Part shown: piece after piece, positions 31,021-40,058 of the stretch
How the letters are laid out: each line of letters opens with the position of its first letter
Position numbering within the stretch: the stretch's first letter is position 1
Virus record (IMG/VR): IMGVR_UViG_3300043411_002794
Coordinates: 96,001 to 160,000 of that record
DNA: 64,000 nucleotides
DNA from: a virus
Reading direction: 5' to 3' (one strand)
Notes under the pieces: model-generated
Seen by the model: only the letters and a program-made list of their open reading frames with translations
Told to the model about the DNA's origin: nothing
Database searches by the model: none
Position numbers and translations under genes: made by a program

Positions 31021-31817
31021 TCTTTCACCAGCAGAGAGTCGAGCCGATACACGTAAGCCGCCAGCGCCGCGCCGAGTCGATACGGCATATGCGGGTGCTT
31101 GAACCAGAGATTCCGGAACGTCTTATACGGTTCGTCGCCATGGAACAGGTAGCCGCTGGCCTGCCCCATCATCAGGGCCTCCAGTTCGAGCATGACCTGT
31201 GAGAGATCCGTCGACACGCGGGCAGTACCGTCCACAAACAGCGACGCGCCGACGATCGTAGAGAGGTCCGACTCACCGCCGACCAGTGTTCCGAGCCGCA
31301 CCGATAGCCCGGAGTCCGGCAGCACAATGGCTTCCGTCAGTCCTCGCGAGATCTCCGGTGTCACGGTCTGCGAAGAGAATCCTTGTAAGCGACGAGTGAC
31401 CGATACCGTTGTGGAGTCGAGCACGGCGACCCGCCAACGATACAGGGCGCGTCCAAGCGGATTGTCCGCCTCCAGTTGGCCGGAGACGAACGCACGACAG
31501 GGAGCACCCGTCTTTGTGATTTGCAGCCGACAACGCCGGTCATACCAGCCGTCGTCGAACGGCTGGTAGGTAATCCGCGGATCCAACGCCCGCACGTATT
31601 CCTCGAGCTCGGTCGAGTGCAAGACCTGCATGTACTGGAACAGCCGCTGATTGATGTAGGCCCGGTCTGGTCGCGTGCCGAACAGCACGTCGTACATACG
31701 CTGCAATATGACGGGCAGCGGGCGCGTAACGAAATCCCGCGGTACGTACTCCGTGCCCAGATCCTCGTCGTTCAGCATCGGGATGTTGCCGAGCAGCGTG
31801 CGGAAGTGGTTGATCAT
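31017..31817 (-). CDS. Hypothetical tail/baseplate protein, 266 aa
   Basis: ATGA-coupled on both sides. Confidence 0.7.
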   Translation of the reverse strand: MINHFRTLLGNIPMLNDEDLGTEYVPRDFVTRPLPVILQRMYDVLFGTRPDRAYINQRLFQYMQVLHSTELEEYVRALDPRITYQPFDDGWYDRRCRLQITKTGAPCRAFVSGQLEADNPLGRALYRWRVAVLDSTTVSVTRRLQGFSSQTVTPEISRGLTEAIVLPDSGLSVRLGTLVGGESDLSTIVGASLFVDGTARVSTDLSQVMLELEALMMGQASGYLFHGDEPYKTFRNLWFKHPHMPYRLGAALAAYVYRLDSLLVKE

Positions 31818-32293
31818 TGTTGCCTCGCATACTTCAACACGGCGAACTGAAGCGTGAAATTACCGAGCGATGCTTGCCCGCCTGCCGCGGCTCCGACGTT
31901 ACATTCGATCAGCATGCAACGATAAAACCAACTCCCTAGTTGGACGCTGACGGCTACATTTTTGGCCCCGAGTTTGTTTCTTTCATAGAAGTCGACGACG
32001 TCATCGAGACCGGTTCCGGCGACGTTATCTTCCGATCCCTGGTCACATAACGAAAAGAATGCGATTCCCGAAACACGCAGCTCACCGATCCGGTTGCCGT
32101 AGCTATGGGCGTAGATCGTGTCGTCAAACGCGTGCAGGAACTGGTGCGCACCGCGAAGCCGGACAGACGCATCGGTGACGATGAAGCGGCCGATGTCCTT
32201 GTCTTCGCCCAGCTGAATACGCATCGCAGCCACCGACTTCCCGGTGACGCGGGCGGCCTGTCCTACGGCGGTAGAGATAATTGCGGTGGGCAT
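31814..32293 (-). CDS. Putative tail-tube initiator / tube-like baseplate protein, 159 aa
   Basis: Immediately after the tape measure; QFLHAFDDTIYAHSYGNRIGELRVSGIAF tube-fold-like pattern. Confidence 0.55.
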   Translation of the reverse strand: MPTAIISTAVGQAARVTGKSVAAMRIQLGEDKDIGRFIVTDASVRLRGAHQFLHAFDDTIYAHSYGNRIGELRVSGIAFFSLCDQGSEDNVAGTGLDDVVDFYERNKLGAKNVAVSVQLGSWFYRCMLIECNVGAAAGGQASLGNFTLQFAVLKYARQQ

Positions 32294-32294
32294 A

Positions 32295-35132
32295 TTAGGT
32301 GTTGGCGATAGGGGCTTCGTTGGCTCCGACGGGCATACCCTTGAGCTTCATGATCATGCGGTGAAAGTCCTCGGTGATCGACACTTCGCCGGTTATCGTC
32401 ATTTCCCGCTCTTCGGCTTCTGTGCTGAGGTTCTTTTCCAGCTTGTCGACTTCATTTAGCTCCCGCAGCGACAGCCCGGTCAGTGACCCGTCCCGGCGTC
32501 CGGTCAAGAAATTGTCGAGCAACTTTTTCGCTTCACCCTCGGTGTCAACATCCTCGTCGACGAACCCGAGCTTGTCTTTGTGTCGCTTGGCGATTGCCAG
32601 CAGGTCGGTCATGTCGCCGATATTCCGGCCGCCAATCTTGAGCGACTTCCCGGTGCCGAGATCTATGGCTAACCCGGTCGTCCGCATCCGTTCGGTCAAT
32701 GCGCGGGCCGTGCCGCGTTCGGCGGCCTCGATCGGTTTGCCGGGGTTGATTCCGGCGTCCTTGAATATCGATGTATCGAGCCCTTGCTGTTCTGCTAACT
32801 GCAGTGCGGCAACTTTTTCCCATACCGCGCCGCCGCCCGGTCCGGCTGTCTGTCGCACGGCTTGTTCGGTTAAGCCGCTGACATTGAGTCCCAGGCTTTT
32901 GGCGATACTTTCTAGTTCTTTTGTCGCTACTTCGCTGCCGACGCGAAGCGCCTCAATCTGGCGTGCACCTGCTACGCCGCCTTCCTTCAGGGCAGCGCGG
33001 AAGGATTTGATGCGGGGGTCTGCTTCACTAATTTTGTCGATCGACACGTTGCCGATGGCTTCGTTAAGCGCGTCGCCTAGCGTGCCTTTGCTTTGTAACG
33101 CATCAGACAACCGCGCACCGAAGCCGGCACTACCAAGCCCGGCCAACGACGTATCCATCGCCGCCTCGGCTTCTGCCACCGACATAGCCCGGTCGTATGC
33201 TTCCAGCATGGCCGGATTGTTGGCCTGCAGGTAGCCCTGCAGGCCAATCCCGCCGTAGCGTTGATCCATAAGAAACTGATCAGAGCTACCCAGCCCGTTT
33301 GCCGTCATCTGTGCGGCGAGCTGTTGAAGTTTTTCAGGCGGCAAATTGATGCCGCGATCTCGCAGCGTGGTGGTAAGCTTTGCTTCGGCGGCGGCCTGGA
33401 TGGTACTGCGTCGCTTCGCGGGATCCAGCATGTCGTTCGTGTTCATGCCGTTCATCGCCGCTACGGCGGCCGCTCCGACGGCCGCTGACACATCCCGGCG
33501 AGACGCGGCATCGCCGACACCGGCACCGTTCAAGGCGATGTTCGCGGAGCTGGCAAAGATGTTGCGGAGCTGCGGATCGATATCGACCTCGCGCTGCAAC
33601 TTGCGGCCCAGATCCATGGTGCGGTACTGCAGACCCTGCTCTTGGTTGGCGTGCGTCGAACGGAAGGCTTCCCGCAGTACGCCCGGCGCCACGTCGTCGC
33701 CCAGCAGGTTCGTGAGATCGTCTTCGTTCATCGCCACCGAGTGCGTCTTTCCGCCGAACTCGAAGGAGGTTTTGCCCGCCTTGATTGCGTCCGCCATGGC
33801 CTGGGCGGCTCCTCCCTTAATGACGCCCTGGTCCGTAAGACGTAAGATCGCGTTCATACGGTTGACGGCCGGGCTCGCCGCAGAGGCCAGCCGGAGCCGC
33901 TGATCGAACAGAGTCAGCTTATCGGCGTCCAGGTTGCCGTAGGCCTTCGTATTGAGCAGTCCGGTGGCGTCGACCGCCTGACGGCTCGCCAGGGCTCCCT
34001 GCGTCGCCTGGACGGCGTACATCCGATCTAGGCCGAACTGGTCTGCCAGGGCCGCCCCGCCCGCGGAAAGGCCCATTACGCCCTCCAGGCTGACACCGGC
34101 GCCGCGAGCCAGGGCCTGGGTGCGGCGGACCATGTGCTCGATCTGGGCCCCGGTATTGGACGCCATGCTGTTTTGGGTCAGTGCCTCCAGCCCGGCGAAC
34201 AGTTCCTGCATAGGGGCGTCAGGATGCCCGGCGTCGCCGAAGATCTCCCGCATCGCCGATACGGCCCCGGTCATCGACTTGATGGACCGGGAAATCTTCT
34301 CGGCATTGAAGCTGCTGACCATGTCGCCGGTCAGCTTCTGGTCGAACTTGGAGGCATCGAAACCCTGACCCTGCGTGCGTGCCGCGTCTCGGATCTGCTG
34401 GACCTCTGAGACTGGTTTCGCGTTGTCATTGGCGATTCGTCGTACTGTGGCGTCGTCGAGTCCGGCCAGGGCAGCTTGGCGGCTTTCCAGCGGGCCGCCG
34501 GCCAGCCCGCGTTGCCGCATTTGCTCGAGTACGAGGCCAGCCTGCCCGGCGCCGAGACCTTTCATTTCCGCCAAGTTCGCCGACGGCCCGACCAGTCGTT
34601 CGAACAACTCGCGGCGAAGCGCATTCTGGGAGGTGAGCGACATACCGATACGACCGGTCGTCGGATCCGCCATGTTCGTTCCGGCGCGACTGATCGACTG
34701 CGCCAGAACAACCGCTGAACCGCGGCGGCCGTGGGCGGCATCAAATGCCTCCGGGGCAACCTGAGCCAGGAACGGAGACCAGCCAGCGATGTCTCCGGAG
34801 ATCTCGCGGGCAGCATCTTGTTGCTTCCGGCCGACGACTGTGCCGGACTTTTCCGACAGCCCCAAGAACAGCCGTTCATAGGTACGGCGGTCCTGTTGGG
34901 CCGCCATATTCATCATTTCTTTCTGCTGCTCGTAGAACTGGCGAGCCCGAAACTGGTCCGCCATTCCCTGCATCGGCATGAACTGAGCGGGCATGTACCG
35001 CCCGCCCGCCATCTGCTGCTGCAGCAGCGGCATGATCGCTTGCATGAGCATGCCGCTGCTGCCGCCCGCGCCGTACGGGTTGTACGTCGGGTTGTACCCG
35101 CTGGAGAGAGGCGCGCTGTCGAACATACCCAT
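32295..35132 (-). CDS. Tape measure protein, 945 aa
   Basis: Long Ala/Gly/Gln/Met-rich helical protein downstream of the chaperone pair. Confidence 0.8.
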   Translation of the reverse strand: MGMFDSAPLSSGYNPTYNPYGAGGSSGMLMQAIMPLLQQQMAGGRYMPAQFMPMQGMADQFRARQFYEQQKEMMNMAAQQDRRTYERLFLGLSEKSGTVVGRKQQDAAREISGDIAGWSPFLAQVAPEAFDAAHGRRGSAVVLAQSISRAGTNMADPTTGRIGMSLTSQNALRRELFERLVGPSANLAEMKGLGAGQAGLVLEQMRQRGLAGGPLESRQAALAGLDDATVRRIANDNAKPVSEVQQIRDAARTQGQGFDASKFDQKLTGDMVSSFNAEKISRSIKSMTGAVSAMREIFGDAGHPDAPMQELFAGLEALTQNSMASNTGAQIEHMVRRTQALARGAGVSLEGVMGLSAGGAALADQFGLDRMYAVQATQGALASRQAVDATGLLNTKAYGNLDADKLTLFDQRLRLASAASPAVNRMNAILRLTDQGVIKGGAAQAMADAIKAGKTSFEFGGKTHSVAMNEDDLTNLLGDDVAPGVLREAFRSTHANQEQGLQYRTMDLGRKLQREVDIDPQLRNIFASSANIALNGAGVGDAASRRDVSAAVGAAAVAAMNGMNTNDMLDPAKRRSTIQAAAEAKLTTTLRDRGINLPPEKLQQLAAQMTANGLGSSDQFLMDQRYGGIGLQGYLQANNPAMLEAYDRAMSVAEAEAAMDTSLAGLGSAGFGARLSDALQSKGTLGDALNEAIGNVSIDKISEADPRIKSFRAALKEGGVAGARQIEALRVGSEVATKELESIAKSLGLNVSGLTEQAVRQTAGPGGGAVWEKVAALQLAEQQGLDTSIFKDAGINPGKPIEAAERGTARALTERMRTTGLAIDLGTGKSLKIGGRNIGDMTDLLAIAKRHKDKLGFVDEDVDTEGEAKKLLDNFLTGRRDGSLTGLSLRELNEVDKLEKNLSTEAEEREMTITGEVSITEDFHRMIMKLKGMPVGANEAPIANT

Positions 35133-35134
35133 CG

Positions 35135-35575
35135 TTACGCTTCCTGCGTGTCAGCTGACTGGGCGTACATCGCGGCAATTTGGGCGTCGATCGCTTCTTC
35201 GCTGAGCCCTTCCTCGCCGTAAATTTCCTTCCACTTCGCTGCCATCTGGTCTGCCGTCGTCTTGGCCATGTCGTCCCGGGTTTCGACCGACAGCCACGGG
35301 AAATACTTACCGTAGATGTCCTGCAGGCGTGCATAGCACTTGTCGAAAATCAGTTCATAGCCGCCGTCCTTCGTCAGCTCGGGGTTACCGAGTCCGACGC
35401 GGGCCAGCGAGAGTTCGGCCTCCAGATACCTTAAATTCCGATTCCGTAACAGTTCAGACAAAATCCAGCCGGTACGTTTCCACCACCACGCGTCAAAGGG
35501 ATCGGCCTGCGAGAAGTCGACCGCCCGGGTGGCAGCCGCTTCCACCAGCAGGGAAGTTATCCGATCCCTTTCCAA
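35135..35575 (-). CDS. Tail assembly chaperone, -1 frame extension (GT-like part), 146 codons
   Basis: No properly spaced SD. Its TTG is the first codon after the A-AAT-TTT slippery site in the -1 frame of the upstream ORF. Confidence 0.7.
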   Translation of the reverse strand: MERDRITSLLVEAAATRAVDFSQADPFDAWWWKRTGWILSELLRNRNLRYLEAELSLARVGLGNPELTKDGGYELIFDKCYARLQDIYGKYFPWLSVETRDDMAKTTADQMAAKWKEIYGEEGLSEEAIDAQIAAMYAQSADTQEA

Positions 35576-36702
35576 AAATTTGGGTCCGCCGTGCGAGCCT
35601 CCAACATTTCTTGCAGCCGTTGGAATCGTTCGTGCTCGCGGCCGAGCAGCCGCAGTAGATCCTCGTGCTCAATACCTTCTTCGCCCAGGAACCAGTCGTG
35701 CAGCTGCACCAGCTCCGTTTGCTTGGTACCCGGGGCCGGCTTCTCGTAGCCGATCTTCTTCAGTTCCGGGATCTTGATCATTTCCGAGTTGTCGGCGCGC
35801 ACGATTGATTCCGTGCCCAACATCAGGCGGTAGATCGACATGCGGGCCAGATATTCCACGTCGGTCGTAACAACGCGATTCTCAACGTCGTAACGGAGTT
35901 GCGTGAAGACGAGCTGTCCTTCGTACGAACTGAGCGTACGGAACGTGACGGCAAGTCGGCCGTCGAACAACGGGACGCGTTTGTAGAAGCGCTTTCCGCT
36001 GAGCACGGCGACGCAAAAGCCGCGGATATCTTCTTCGGTGGCCTCGATGTTGAACGGCACGCGTCGATCCCAGCCGCAGCGATCGCATTCGTGCTTCTCC
36101 GACGCAGCCCCGACTTCTGATGCTGCGGGCGTTTCTACAGGGGCAGGCGGCGGCTCCGGGGCAGCTTCTTCAAAGGTCAGCGGGGCCGTTTGCGAAACTG
36201 CCGGTTGCGGGGCGGCAGGGGCCCGCGGCGGGGCCGTGTCGACGAGAAACTCCGTCTTGGATACGCCTGCCGCCTTTTCTGCGGCCGCCAAGCCCTGGGT
36301 CACGCCCGGGCGCATAGAAGCGTTCTGCGTTTGTTGCTGCTGCCAGTTCTTGGCTTGCTGCATGAAGTTCGTCAGCTCGGCGATCGCGGCCGGCGGTAAC
36401 GAACGGATGTCGACGGGATCCGTGATCTTGAGGCGGTTTGTCGCACCGACGGCGGCAACTTCGGCATCCGCCGCCGCTTTCTGTGCCGCGAACTTCTTGC
36501 TGACAATTTCAACGGCATCCGGCAGTCCTTCGGGAACGTCGTCACCCGGCTGCCAGCCGATCGCCTGCAGCTGCTGACTTGTTTCTTCGGAGATGTAGAC
36601 CTGCGCCGGCTTCAACGGCAACTGGCCGAGATTGGTCTGCGGCAGCAGCGGCTTGGGTTGCGCAGCGGGGGCAACAGGACGGCGGGGAGTTGGAGACGAC
36701 AT
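35557..36702 (-). CDS. Tail assembly chaperone (G-like) with Pro/Ala-rich N-terminus and CxxC, 381 aa
   Basis: Between spike and tape measure; CDRCGWD; VTFRTL motif; ends just past a slippery site. Confidence 0.7.
   Translation of the reverse strand: MSSPTPRRPVAPAAQPKPLLPQTNLGQLPLKPAQVYISEETSQQLQAIGWQPGDDVPEGLPDAVEIVSKKFAAQKAAADAEVAAVGATNRLKITDPVDIRSLPPAAIAELTNFMQQAKNWQQQQTQNASMRPGVTQGLAAAEKAAGVSKTEFLVDTAPPRAPAAPQPAVSQTAPLTFEEAAPEPPPAPVETPAASEVGAASEKHECDRCGWDRRVPFNIEATEEDIRGFCVAVLSGKRFYKRVPLFDGRLAVTFRTLSSYEGQLVFTQLRYDVENRVVTTDVEYLARMSIYRLMLGTESIVRADNSEMIKIPELKKIGYEKPAPGTKQTELVQLHDWFLGEEGIEHEDLLRLLGREHERFQRLQEMLEARTADPNFWKGIG
35575..35581 (-). other. Programmed -1 ribosomal frameshift slippery heptamer A AAU UUU
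   Basis: Minus strand reads CCA AAT TTT TGG: X XXY YYZ in the correct phase. The shift joins 35557..36702 to 35135..35575. Confidence 0.72.
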
Positions 36703-36714
36703 ACTGCTTCCTTT

Positions 36715-39396
36715 TTACTCGTCCGCAATGATGGCATAACCGTCGCGGAGCAGGACGACATTCGGCTCGGCGAAGGCTGGTTCCTCGTAAGCACCGCCAC
36801 GCGGTGATGCAAATCCGGAAACCACAGAGAACAAGGTAACGGGCTGCTCGCAGTAAGCGGCCACAGAATCATAATACTGGGTGCCCGGGTAAGGATACCG
36901 TGTACCGCCGTTGACTGTTTTGACGGGCTTCTCGACCCAAACGCCCAGCTTCTGCCCGGACTCGCGAGCCAGTTGCTGCCAGCGATCTTCGAACAGCCGC
37001 CAATCGCCAGTGCGGTATTCGCCTTCATTGCGAAAGCTAAACTGGGCGGCTTTGAGAATTGGATCGCTGCCAATCTGCCCTTCGCTGTAGAACAGGTCCT
37101 TCGGCGTTTCGTCGAAGTTGTCTTTGGCCTTACGGAGCAGCGTCGCGCCGACAGCGGTTTTCGCGGCGTCGATCTGCTGCCGTACTTCTTCAAGCGCCTG
37201 ATCTTTGAGCGGCGATACGAAGAATTTGGAACTCTCTGCCCGCTGCGTAGCAATGTGCCCGTTAGCAACCAGTACGTGTGAGCCGGCTAGAATAGCTCCA
37301 CCCGTGGTCAACGCCCCGTCGATGGACACCGGCATGCCGAATCGTGCAACACCTTCGTTGAAGGTGATTCCCTTTCGGAAGTTTCCTTCCGTACCGAAGA
37401 TGACGTCGGACGTCTGGCCGATGTACTGCCGCATATTCGCTGCGTAGCACACGATCGACTGCTTGCCGCGGTCGGCGTCAAGCACGATGCTGCCCGGTGT
37501 GATAGCGCCATTGTTGGATCCGGTTCGCAGATAGATGTTGTTGGCGGTCGTGATTACGTCGGACTTCGGCGCGCGGAAGATGATGCCGCTAGCCTCGGTC
37601 TCCTGACCCGGCGAGGTGAAGTCGAACTCTACGCGCTGCGACCGGCATTCAATCAGCACGCTGCCCGACGGTGCCGTAGCCTCGGCGTCTTCACTGTCCG
37701 GGCCGACGCCGCCCAGCATGTGCAAATGTCGCTGAGCTTTGATGCGGCCGTCGTGATTCGTGGCCGTGATGTCGAACGAGTTCTGGGCCCGCGTAATCGA
37801 GTCCCAGCCTGCCCAGGTGTTGACGTTGCGGCCGCTCTTGAGCCAGATATCGCCGGGGGCTGTGATGAAGACAGAGCCGCCCGCCAACCGGATCTCAGCC
37901 CCTTCGCCGTCGCCCATGACCGCGGCGCCGGACGGCAGCAAGCCGCTGTAGGCCATATTCGCATAATACGTTTGCCCGCGGTAACGATCGTCGACCGTCA
38001 GCGACCCGCCGACGACCGGTGAAAGGTACATCGAACCGCGGAGCGTACCGAACTGCGGCACTGCAATGCGGCAGGCCGGGATGTCGCTCTCCTGTGGCAG
38101 CTCCCAGTCGCGGGAGTGGTAGTGGAACGGATGCTCGGCCTGCCAGTTGAACAAGTGGGCGTGCAGATCAAGGATCCCGGCGGCCGTCTGCAACGAGACC
38201 TCGTCGGAGGAGGTTGCGATGTCGCCGGTGACTTTGTGCTCGGGGCCGTCACCCAGCATCCCGCCTGCTTTGTAATTGGTCGGTGCGTCGCCGGTCGGAT
38301 CCGCCGGGTTGCGTTTGTTGACCGGCATCGGCCGCGGCGGCGACTTAACCAGCAGAATCCCCTTGGAAGCCCGGATGCCCCGCCAGCCGTCCAACGTGAC
38401 GACGTCCTGGTGCACGCTCATCAGCTTCGGCGGGCTGCCGCGACGCATCACCTCCGGCGGCGAGGCCGGCGGGATCGCCTGATACTCGAGTCGGCCTTGT
38501 CCCAGGTAGCCGCCGAAGACCTGCCGTCGGTGGAACGGGGCTTGGTCGTCGAACTTCGGCTCCCAGTTGGCATAATGCGGCTTGTTGACCTGGAACTCCA
38601 GCACCGACAGTTCGCGACGCGGATCGCCGCGACTGAACAGACCTAGATTCTCCCAAGGATACGGCGAGCTGCCGTACACGTCGTAGATCTCGTCCTGGTC
38701 GTTGTAGACGTTGTGCTCGCCCGCAGACGTGCGACATTCGTAGTTGTAACCCGCCACACGAAGCATCTGGTCGTGATGGAACGCGAAGACGCCGCACATC
38801 TCGCTGGCGGCGAGCTGCAGCAGGTAATCGTCGATCGAGATCTTACCGCCCTTGGCGTTGAGCCAGCCGGCGTCGCCGCCGAGTCCGTCGAACGGCCGCC
38901 AGGCAATCTTGTTGACGGCCCCGCCCGCCTCAAACATTAGCAACGGCGTACGGTGCGAACTGTCGACGCGGGCACGGGTCGTCTGCGAGAGCTGGTCGAG
39001 GAGCTGCAGCCGAGAATCAAATGCCCACGCGGGATCGACGCCCAGGATATACCCGTAGCGGCCCCGCTCGGTCATCATGACCCAGACGCCGGTGCCGACC
39101 TGCAGGAGATTGATCTGCTTGGGGCCAATGGGGCCGGTCGAAGTGTCGGTCAGCTGAAAGGCCGCGACCGTCGGCATGCCCTGGCTGAGCTGGACCTTGT
39201 AGCAATGAGCGATCGCCGTGTAATCGACGATCGTGCCCCGGACGATGTGGGCGGGGCGGCCGAAGCTGTGTTTGAACGAAGCACCCTGCAGGAGTGCGTC
39301 ACGATGCGGGCGGGTCTGGCCTTCCGCGTTCGGCCACGCCAGTTCCGCGAGGAACTGTGAAACCTGCCGCGCCGCCGGCTCGGGGATATGTGACAT
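36715..39396 (-). CDS. Baseplate spike / VgrG-gp5-like protein, 893 aa
   Basis: N-terminal OB-fold-like segment (GTIVDY...CYKVQL...VGTGVWV...YILG), then beta-helix-like strings (GAEIRLAGGSVFITAPGDIWLKSGRNV). Confidence 0.75.
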   Translation of the reverse strand: MSHIPEPAARQVSQFLAELAWPNAEGQTRPHRDALLQGASFKHSFGRPAHIVRGTIVDYTAIAHCYKVQLSQGMPTVAAFQLTDTSTGPIGPKQINLLQVGTGVWVMMTERGRYGYILGVDPAWAFDSRLQLLDQLSQTTRARVDSSHRTPLLMFEAGGAVNKIAWRPFDGLGGDAGWLNAKGGKISIDDYLLQLAASEMCGVFAFHHDQMLRVAGYNYECRTSAGEHNVYNDQDEIYDVYGSSPYPWENLGLFSRGDPRRELSVLEFQVNKPHYANWEPKFDDQAPFHRRQVFGGYLGQGRLEYQAIPPASPPEVMRRGSPPKLMSVHQDVVTLDGWRGIRASKGILLVKSPPRPMPVNKRNPADPTGDAPTNYKAGGMLGDGPEHKVTGDIATSSDEVSLQTAAGILDLHAHLFNWQAEHPFHYHSRDWELPQESDIPACRIAVPQFGTLRGSMYLSPVVGGSLTVDDRYRGQTYYANMAYSGLLPSGAAVMGDGEGAEIRLAGGSVFITAPGDIWLKSGRNVNTWAGWDSITRAQNSFDITATNHDGRIKAQRHLHMLGGVGPDSEDAEATAPSGSVLIECRSQRVEFDFTSPGQETEASGIIFRAPKSDVITTANNIYLRTGSNNGAITPGSIVLDADRGKQSIVCYAANMRQYIGQTSDVIFGTEGNFRKGITFNEGVARFGMPVSIDGALTTGGAILAGSHVLVANGHIATQRAESSKFFVSPLKDQALEEVRQQIDAAKTAVGATLLRKAKDNFDETPKDLFYSEGQIGSDPILKAAQFSFRNEGEYRTGDWRLFEDRWQQLARESGQKLGVWVEKPVKTVNGGTRYPYPGTQYYDSVAAYCEQPVTLFSVVSGFASPRGGAYEEPAFAEPNVVLLRDGYAIIADE

Positions 39397-39426
39397 CCTT
39401 GTACCTCATGGGTCGTCGAGGACCCC

Positions 39427-39446
39427 AGGCGGGCGTGACCCCGCCT
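39427..39446 (-). other. Intergenic hairpin after the tail tube gene
   Basis: AGGCGGG-GTCACG-CCCGCCT perfect 7-bp stem. No U-tract on the minus strand, so RNA stability/processing is more likely than termination. Confidence 0.45.
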
Positions 39447-39465
39447 AAAACTACGATGCCTGTGC

Positions 39466-40002
39466 TTAGGCGTCGTACTGCAGGTCGGTAAACATGACCC
39501 CGAGCGTTTCGCTCATGACCACGTCGTTCGAGTTCACGCTGCCGCCAATGGTGGTCAGCACGCAATTCTTGAGGATGTAGTTTACGCTGCCCGAGGTATT
39601 TGAGGGAGCGTTCTCGCATTTCGCCTGAGCACCGCCAAAAGTGCAGTCGCCAGGCGTACAGACGTTGCCGTACTTCTTGAAGAACGACACGAGCAGCTTA
39701 CCGGGACCGACGATACGTTGAATGTTCGCCGTACCCTGGGCATGCCCGGCTACGTAATAGACGTTCGTCGAGCTACCGACCGCCGCTACGCCGCCGGTGT
39801 TACCCGGACCGTTGGCGCCCAGTTCGTACAGCAGTTGCACGCTTTGCTGAAAGTTGAACTGCATGTTCTGAATGAGCATGCCCGACGTGATGTTCGCGTT
39901 CGCCTCGTCACCGGCGAGCGTACCGAATGTCAGCGTCAGCATGTCCGCGCGGAACGAGCCAGCCCACGTTTGGGCCGGCGTGAAAATGGAATTAACGGCC
40001 AT
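39466..40002 (-). CDS. Tail tube protein, 178 aa
   Basis: Directly after the sheath gene; GGAGG RBS; IQNMQFNFQQSVQLLYELG...YYVAG...GTANIQRIVG tube pattern. Confidence 0.85.
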   Translation of the reverse strand: MAVNSIFTPAQTWAGSFRADMLTLTFGTLAGDEANANITSGMLIQNMQFNFQQSVQLLYELGANGPGNTGGVAAVGSSTNVYYVAGHAQGTANIQRIVGPGKLLVSFFKKYGNVCTPGDCTFGGAQAKCENAPSNTSGSVNYILKNCVLTTIGGSVNSNDVVMSETLGVMFTDLQYDA

Positions 40003-40058
40003 GAACAGACCTCCGTGTCTGAAACGAGCGGTAAGTTGGAATCAGCGGCGTCCCGGGT

